Assembly: GCA_964534375.1 (NCBI GenBank)
Contig: CAZHPN010000173.1
Location: 1 to 12,558, forward strand
Source of the DNA: an uncultured bacterium
GTDB taxonomy: Bacteria; Lernaellota; Lernaellaia; Lernaellales; Lernaellaceae
Reading direction: 5' to 3'
Length of the DNA stretch: 12,558 nucleotides
Within the stretch, counting starts at the first letter, position 1; every line of letters begins with the position of its first letter. The position numbers were made by a program, and so were the translations under genes. Under the pieces are notes generated by a model. That model searched no databases. It had not been told where the DNA came from and saw only the letters and a program-made list of their open reading frames with translations. Positions 8,066 to 12,558 of the stretch are shown here, one piece after another.

Positions 8066-9297
8066 ACGCGACGCTCGACGAATACGCGCGCGTGGTGGGC
8101 CAGGGCGTCATCCGCCAGTTGCGCCAACTGGCGAAACCCTTGCAAGGCGCGACCGTCGTCCACGTCAACTCGACCCGCGAGGGCGGGGGCGTCGCCGAAA
8201 TCCTCAATCGGATGGTCCCGCTGCAGCAGGAACTCGGCTTGAACGTCGCGTGGGAAACGGTCGTCGGCGATGCCCCGTTTTTCGCGTGCACCAAAACCTT
8301 TCACAATGCGCTGCAGGGGGTGGGCTCCGCGGCGCCCGACTCCATGCTCGACGCCTACGAGCAAACGAATCAAGCGAACGCCGAGCGTCTGCGCGGTCTG
8401 CTCGACGCGGCCGACGTCGTGTTCATCCACGATCCGCAGCCGGCGGCAATGATCGCGCACTTCGCCGGCCGGAAAGGCAAATGGATTTGGCGTTGTCACA
8501 TCGATGTCAGCCACCCGTTCCGGCCGGTCTGGAAATATCTCCGGAATTTCGTGCAAAAATACGACGCCAGCGTGTGGCACCTGGCGGCCTTCGCGCAGCC
8601 GATCCGCCACCCGCAGTACTTGATTCCGCCGAGCATCGACCCGCTCGCCGACAAAAACGTCGCCCTCGACTCGGCCGAACTCGATCGCACGTTGGAGGAG
8701 CGGCGCCTCGATCGCGCGCGACCCATCGTCGTGCAGGTCTCGCGATTCGACCGGTTCAAGGATCCGCTCGGCGTGATCCGCGCCTACCGCATGGCCAAGA
8801 AATACGTGCCCCTGCAACTCGTCCTCGCGGGCGGCGGCGCCGCCGACGACCCGGAAGGCGCCCGCGTTCTGGAGGACGTGCAGACGGCGGCCAACGGCGA
8901 TCCCGATATCCACGTGCTGCTCCTGCCGTCGGACGCGCATCGCACGATCAACGCGCTGCAGCGCATCGCGGACATCGTGCTGCAAAAGTCGACCCGCGAG
9001 GGCTTCGGTCTCACCGTTTCGGAGGCGATGTGGAAGGAGCGGCCGGTCATCGGCGGCGATGTCGGCGGCATCCGCCTGCAGGTGGTCGATTATCAGACGG
9101 GCTTCCTGGTGAGCACGCCCGAGGGCGCGGCCCAGCGCATTCGCTACCTCATCCGCCACCGCGAGAAAAGCCGCGAGATGGGCAAGAAAGCGCATCGGTT
9201 GGTGTTGGAAAACTTCCTGCTGACGCGGCAGCTTCGCGACTACCTGACCCTGATGGTGGCCATTCGCAACGGGGCCAGGGAACGGATCGAACTGTGA
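8062..9297 (+). CDS. treT: Trehalose glycosyltransferring synthase TreT (GT4 / GT-B), 411 aa
   Basis: ATGA overlap at 8062-8065 with RBS GGGAG. Motifs HVNSTREGGGVAEIL, IHDPQP, WRCHID, PPSIDPL, QVSRFDRFKDPLGVI and QKSTREGFGLTVSEAMWK are characteristic of TreT. Confidence 0.92.
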   Translation: MNATLDEYARVVGQGVIRQLRQLAKPLQGATVVHVNSTREGGGVAEILNRMVPLQQELGLNVAWETVVGDAPFFACTKTFHNALQGVGSAAPDSMLDAYEQTNQANAERLRGLLDAADVVFIHDPQPAAMIAHFAGRKGKWIWRCHIDVSHPFRPVWKYLRNFVQKYDASVWHLAAFAQPIRHPQYLIPPSIDPLADKNVALDSAELDRTLEERRLDRARPIVVQVSRFDRFKDPLGVIRAYRMAKKYVPLQLVLAGGGAADDPEGARVLEDVQTAANGDPDIHVLLLPSDAHRTINALQRIADIVLQKSTREGFGLTVSEAMWKERPVIGGDVGGIRLQVVDYQTGFLVSTPEGAAQRIRYLIRHREKSREMGKKAHRLVLENFLLTRQLRDYLTLMVAIRNGARERIEL

Positions 9298-10097
9298 TAC
9301 GCTCTGCCCCCCAGCGGGCCGCGGCGTGGTCGTGGCCGCTTTTCTGGCGGCGCGTCGAGCGCGCGCCCCATCGCTTTCTGGCGCTGGACTACGACGGCAC
9401 GCTCGCGCCTTTCCGCGTGAATCGCCTGCAGGCGCGGCCGGCCGACGGCGCGCTCCCGCTGCTGGCGGAAATCGCCGCGTTGCCGGGCGTCGGTCTGGCC
9501 GTGCTCTCCGGCCGCCCCGTGTCCGAATTGACCATCTTGCTCGGCGACCCCGGCGCGGTGTTCTCCGGAAACCACGGCTGGGAAATCAGGTTCGCCGACG
9601 GCCGCACGCAGACTTTTGCCCCCACGGAAAAACAGCGAAAAATTCTAGTCGCCGCCGCGGCGCGGCTCCGCGGGCACGGCTTGGGAAAATTCGTCGAGGA
9701 AAAAGCGGCGAGTGTCGCCTTTCACACGCGCGCCTTCTCCGGGACCGACGCGAAGCGTCTCGATGTGGAAGCGCGGGCAATCGTCGCGCCGCTCCTTGAC
9801 GGCGCGCCGCTCGCGTGGCGGCCCTTCGACGGCGGCGTCGAATTGCGTTGCCCGGACCGCAACAAAGGCACGGCGTTCGGCGAACTGCTGGCCTGCCAGC
9901 CGCTGGGGGCTTTTCCCGTTTACGTCGGCGACGACGACACCGACGAGGATGTGTTTCGCGCGCTGGGCGACCGCGGCGTGGGCGTCAAAGTGGGAGGGGC
10001 AATTTCGGCCAGCGCCGCGCCCCTGCGGCTCGCCGATTGCGCGGCCGTTGTCGGTTTTTTGCGGGAATGGCGGAATCGGTTGGCGGAAACGAGCTAA
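9294..10097 (+). CDS. otsB: Trehalose-6-phosphate phosphatase (HAD superfamily IIB), about 267 aa
   Basis: Real 3' part of the 8046..10097 track ORF, with a GTGA overlap on the treT stop. HAD motifs LDYDGTLAP, LSGR, GNHGWE, EEK..SVAFHTR, NKG and YVGDDDTDEDVF. Confidence 0.88.
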   Translation: MIRSAPQRAAAWSWPLFWRRVERAPHRFLALDYDGTLAPFRVNRLQARPADGALPLLAEIAALPGVGLAVLSGRPVSELTILLGDPGAVFSGNHGWEIRFADGRTQTFAPTEKQRKILVAAAARLRGHGLGKFVEEKAASVAFHTRAFSGTDAKRLDVEARAIVAPLLDGAPLAWRPFDGGVELRCPDRNKGTAFGELLACQPLGAFPVYVGDDDTDEDVFRALGDRGVGVKVGGAISASAAPLRLADCAAVVGFLREWRNRLAETS

Positions 10098-10225
10098 TTA
10101 ATCAAATCGCGTGGCTCGTCGTGGTATCGAACCGACCGCCGACGGCGCCAGCCGAAACGGACCCCGCGTCATTATCTCGCCATTTCCTACGCAATTTTTG
10201 CGCATTTCAATCTACCGCATGCTGA
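10097..10225 (+). pseudogene. otsA: Probable 5' remnant of trehalose-6-phosphate synthase
   Basis: Reads INQIAWLVVVSNRPP. LVVVSNR (10115..10135) is the canonical OtsA N-terminal strand motif, located directly after otsB. The first codon ATT overlaps the otsB stop (TAATT, where TAATG coupling would be expected). The frame closes at TGA 10223-10225. Confidence 0.62.
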
Positions 10226-10232
10226 TTATAAT
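10204..10232 (+). promoter_or_regulatory. Candidate promoter for the PAS / Cys-rich gene pair
   Basis: Perfect TATAAT at 10227-10232 in an AT-rich island (about 10170-10280). The -35 match is weak (TTTCAA). Confidence 0.4.
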
Positions 10233-10304
10233 AAACTCCAGCGTAGAATTACAAGTAGCTGAAAAGTAAAAGAAAATCCGGCAAGACGAACAAGGTCGAT
10301 CTGC

Positions 10305-10670
10305 TTGAAACCGCTTGTTACGTACGTGTACGATCTTGACCAGCGGCACAACACGTACGTCGCGGGCTCCTTATTTCAGCACCTCGGTTTTTCGCTGGAC
10401 GCGATGGACGTGCTCAGCAGCAATTTTTTTGCGCTTTTGACGCACCCGGCGGATCGTGAGCGAATCGCGGCTCACCATGCGGCGTTGGGCTCGCAACCCA
10501 ACGACGCGGTTGTGGAAATCGAATATCGCGTCAAAGCCGCGTCCGGAGAATGGCGCTGGCTCGTCAGCCGCGACCGGCCGTACAATCGAGATCGCGACGG
10601 GCGCGTGACGCAAATCCTCGGCGTCGCCGAAGAGATCGCGGACCGCCGCAGCTCGGACGACGGGCCGTAA
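10305..10670 (+). CDS. Stand-alone PAS/PAC domain protein (PAS_3-like), 121 aa
   Basis: YVYDL...LGFS...LTHPADRERI...EIEYRVKAASGEWRWLVSRDRP...DGRVTQILGVAEEI is a classic PAS_3+PAC pattern. TTG start, with an in-frame TGA upstream at 10260-10262. No output domain. Confidence 0.8.
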   Translation: MKPLVTYVYDLDQRHNTYVAGSLFQHLGFSLDAMDVLSSNFFALLTHPADRERIAAHHAALGSQPNDAVVEIEYRVKAASGEWRWLVSRDRPYNRDRDGRVTQILGVAEEIADRRSSDDGP

Positions 10671-10708
10671 GCGATACGGCGCGCGTTCCGACCAGAAAAG
10701 GACATCCC

Positions 10709-11056
10709 ATGCCGTGCAAAATCTGTCGTTCGTGGGACGCGAGCAAGAAAGAATGCCATCATAACCCGCCGCTCGCCTGTCCCGACCCGACCGGGAAACA
10801 GGCGCGCGCGTTCCCGCGCACAGACGCCGACGATTGGTGCGAGACCGGTTTCCAGGCCGTTCTGTTGGAAAGCTCACGAAGTATGAACGGCGCGGAATTC
10901 GCCCGGGGCGAAACGCCGGATCGCAACGTTTCTTCGGCCGGACAGCTTCCGGATTTCGGCAAGCTCATCGCGCCGGAAGGCGAAACCCCGCAGCCGAAAC
11001 GCCGTGTGCCAATGGTCATGCCGTCGGCGAAGAAGACGCCGGACGGAGACGAATAG
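10709..11056 (+). CDS. Small Cys-rich hypothetical protein (CxxC-x9-C...WC metal-binding N-domain, low-complexity tail), 115 aa
   Basis: RBS AAAGGA just upstream of ATG 10709 (MPCKICRSWDASKKECHHNPPLAC...FPRTDADDWCETGF). This start avoids the overlap with the PAS gene that the 10550 track start would create. Confidence 0.68.
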   Translation: MPCKICRSWDASKKECHHNPPLACPDPTGKQARAFPRTDADDWCETGFQAVLLESSRSMNGAEFARGETPDRNVSSAGQLPDFGKLIAPEGETPQPKRRVPMVMPSAKKTPDGDE

Positions 11057-11318
11057 CGCGGTGGGCGCCGCCCGCCGGGGCGACAGCCCGGCCTTCTGAA
11101 ATTCGATCTCGGCGATTCGAAGTTTCCGCGCGCGTTGCCTCCTGTCGACTTTCTTGTGTCCGCTGCCAGAGGTCTGCCCGCGCGGGTTCGCGAATTACTT
11201 GACGCACCGGCGGCCGACGCGTATCTATGAAGCGGACATGCGCCTTTCTTGTCAGTCGGCCGGCGCGCGACCGGGTTTGCCCGAGTTCCGAACGCGCGTG
11301 GGCCACCGAGGCAACGGG

Positions 11319-12558
11319 ATGAAACGCGGCAATTGGCGGTGGCGGCTTCTCTTGGCAATGGCTTTGTTCGCGCTGGCCACTGCTTGCGGCGCAAATTCCA
11401 AAGCGGCCGCCGAAAAACACACCCCCGTCGACGACGACCTCTCGCCGGGCGATGACGACGCCTCGCCGGGCGGCGATAATGACGACGACGCCTCGCCGGA
11501 CGATGACGACAACGACGACTCGTCGCCGGGGGCCGATGACGACGACGATGACGACAACGACGACGATAACGATGACGACGATGACAACGATGACAACGAC
11601 GACAACGACGACAACGACGATGACGACGATAACGATAACGACGACAACGACGATGACGATAACGACGACAACGACGATGACGACGACGGCGCCCCGCACC
11701 TGAATGCTGTGTGCGGAAGCTCGGCGACGGACGTGTTCGCCGTCGGTTGTGCTCGCCTGAATGGGAACGTCAATTGCGACCGGGGCTTGGTCGTGCATTT
11801 TGACGGAATGTCCTGGGCGACGATGACGGTCCCGAGTGGAACGTATTGGCTTTACGGTGTCTGGGCCGCTTCGCCGTCGGAGGCGTTCGCCGTCGGCGGC
11901 GCGATTTTGCACTACGACGGCGGGTCGTGGACCGCGATGACCATTCCATCGGGCGCGAATTGGTTCTCCGGCGTCTGGGGCTCTTCTCCGTCCGACGTGT
12001 TCGCGGGAGGAATGGGTAGGAGCGGGGTGCAAGACACCTGGATAATTTACCATTACGACGGAACGTCCTGGTCGACAATGACACTCCCGAGCGGGCTCGA
12101 CGAGGGAATTTTCGGCGTCTGGGGAGACTCGCCGTCCGACGTATTCGCGGTGAGTATTTTGGGGGGGGTTCTGCATTACGACGGGACTTCCTGGGCGACG
12201 ATGACGGTCCCGTATGGAAACTATTGGCTTTTCGGCGTCTGGGGCGCCTCGCCTTCCGACGTGTTCGCTGGAGGCTACACGATTCTGCATTACGACGGAA
12301 CGTCTTGGACAACGGTGAATGAACCCTATGGCGGCGCCTCGAGCATCTGGGGATCGTCACAGTCCGACGTGTTTGCCGTCGACCGCGCTGTTGTGGATGA
12401 CGACACAACCGAAAACCCAGCGGTTCTGCATTACGACGGAACGTCCTGGACGACGATGGCAATCCCGAGCGGACCCTATCAGCTTGAGGGGATCTGGGGC
12501 GCCTCCCTCTGTGCCAACGTGAATGAGACACCTTCCCCCCGGGAAAACAGGGTAGAAT
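11319..12558 (+). CDS. Lipoprotein with very long Asp/Asn linker and beta-propeller repeats, open to the window end and apparently interrupted near 12507
   Basis: Not in the ORF track because it has no stop in the window. Manual translation gives MKRGNWRWRLLLAMALFALATAC (lipobox Cys23), an acidic tether at 11430..11687, six complete repeats and the start of a seventh (LEGIWGAS), then non-repeat sequence LCANVNETPSPRENRVE. GAGG lies upstream of the ATG. Confidence 0.88.
   Translation, partial: MKRGNWRWRLLLAMALFALATACGANSKAAAEKHTPVDDDLSPGDDDASPGGDNDDDASPDDDDNDDSSPGADDDDDDDNDDDNDDDDDNDDNDDNDDNDDDDDNDNDDNDDDDNDDNDDDDDGAPHLNAVCGSSATDVFAVGCARLNGNVNCDRGLVVHFDGMSWATMTVPSGTYWLYGVWAASPSEAFAVGGAILHYDGGSWTAMTIPSGANWFSGVWGSSPSDVFAGGMGRSGVQDTWIIYHYDGTSWSTMTLPSGLDEGIFGVWGDSPSDVFAVSILGGVLHYDGTSWATMTVPYGNYWLFGVWGASPSDVFAGGYTILHYDGTSWTTVNEPYGGASSIWGSSQSDVFAVDRAVVDDDTTENPAVLHYDGTSWTTMAIPSGPYQLEGIWGASLCANVNETPSPRENRVE
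11430..11687 (+). repeat. Asp/Asn-rich coding repeat including 51 consecutive D/N codons
   Basis: Four DD(L/A/S)SP units, then 11535..11687 made only of GAC/GAT/AAC codons. Confidence 0.92.
11795..12505 (+). repeat. Degenerate tandem duplication with 378-nt (3-blade) period
   Basis: TCCTGGGCGACGATGACGGTCCCG occurs at 11811 and 12189. CATTACGACGGAACGTCCTGG occurs at 12051 and 12429. GATT(T/C)TGCA(C/T)TACGACGG occurs at 11903 and 12281. All three offsets are exactly 378. Confidence 0.8.

Noticed and set aside
8046..9293. Apparent 683-aa ORF suggesting a long N-terminal extension or fusion on OtsB
   Set aside because: This part overlaps treT in another frame and is Arg/Pro/Gly-rich noise. HAD motifs begin only after the GTG at 9294.
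11057..11318. Imperfect hairpins and TTGACG-N17-TATCTA in the intergenic region (riboswitch, ncRNA or promoter)
   Set aside because: The stems are imperfect and expected at this GC content, I recognise no Rfam motif, and the -10 match is poor. An Infernal/Rfam scan would settle it.

Overview
A GC-rich bacterial window dominated by secreted lipoproteins that share one architecture: lipobox, short Ser/Ala-rich stretch, Asp/Asn-rich acidic tether with repeated DDD(A/S)SP units, then a variable passenger domain. Three passengers are WGxSxxDVFAVG/LHYDGxxW beta-propeller repeats (<1..1800, 1854..3878, 11319..>12558), one is a TAP-like alpha/beta hydrolase (3953..5578) and one is an FGE-sulfatase/SUMF1-fold domain (7191..6358, minus). 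Between them lie a small basic coiled-coil + winged-helix protein with a candidate sigma70 promoter, and a translationally coupled trehalose operon (DUF5752-like, treT, otsB). The operon ends in a short, apparently decayed otsA 5' remnant, followed by a stand-alone PAS protein and a small Cys-rich protein. The last propeller gene is missing from the ORF track. It carries an exact 378-nt internal periodicity and breaks off mid-repeat into unrelated, possibly IS-end-like sequence at the window edge. No RNA genes, CRISPR array, transposase or reverse transcriptase are visible. All family calls come from motif recognition by eye, not database searches.
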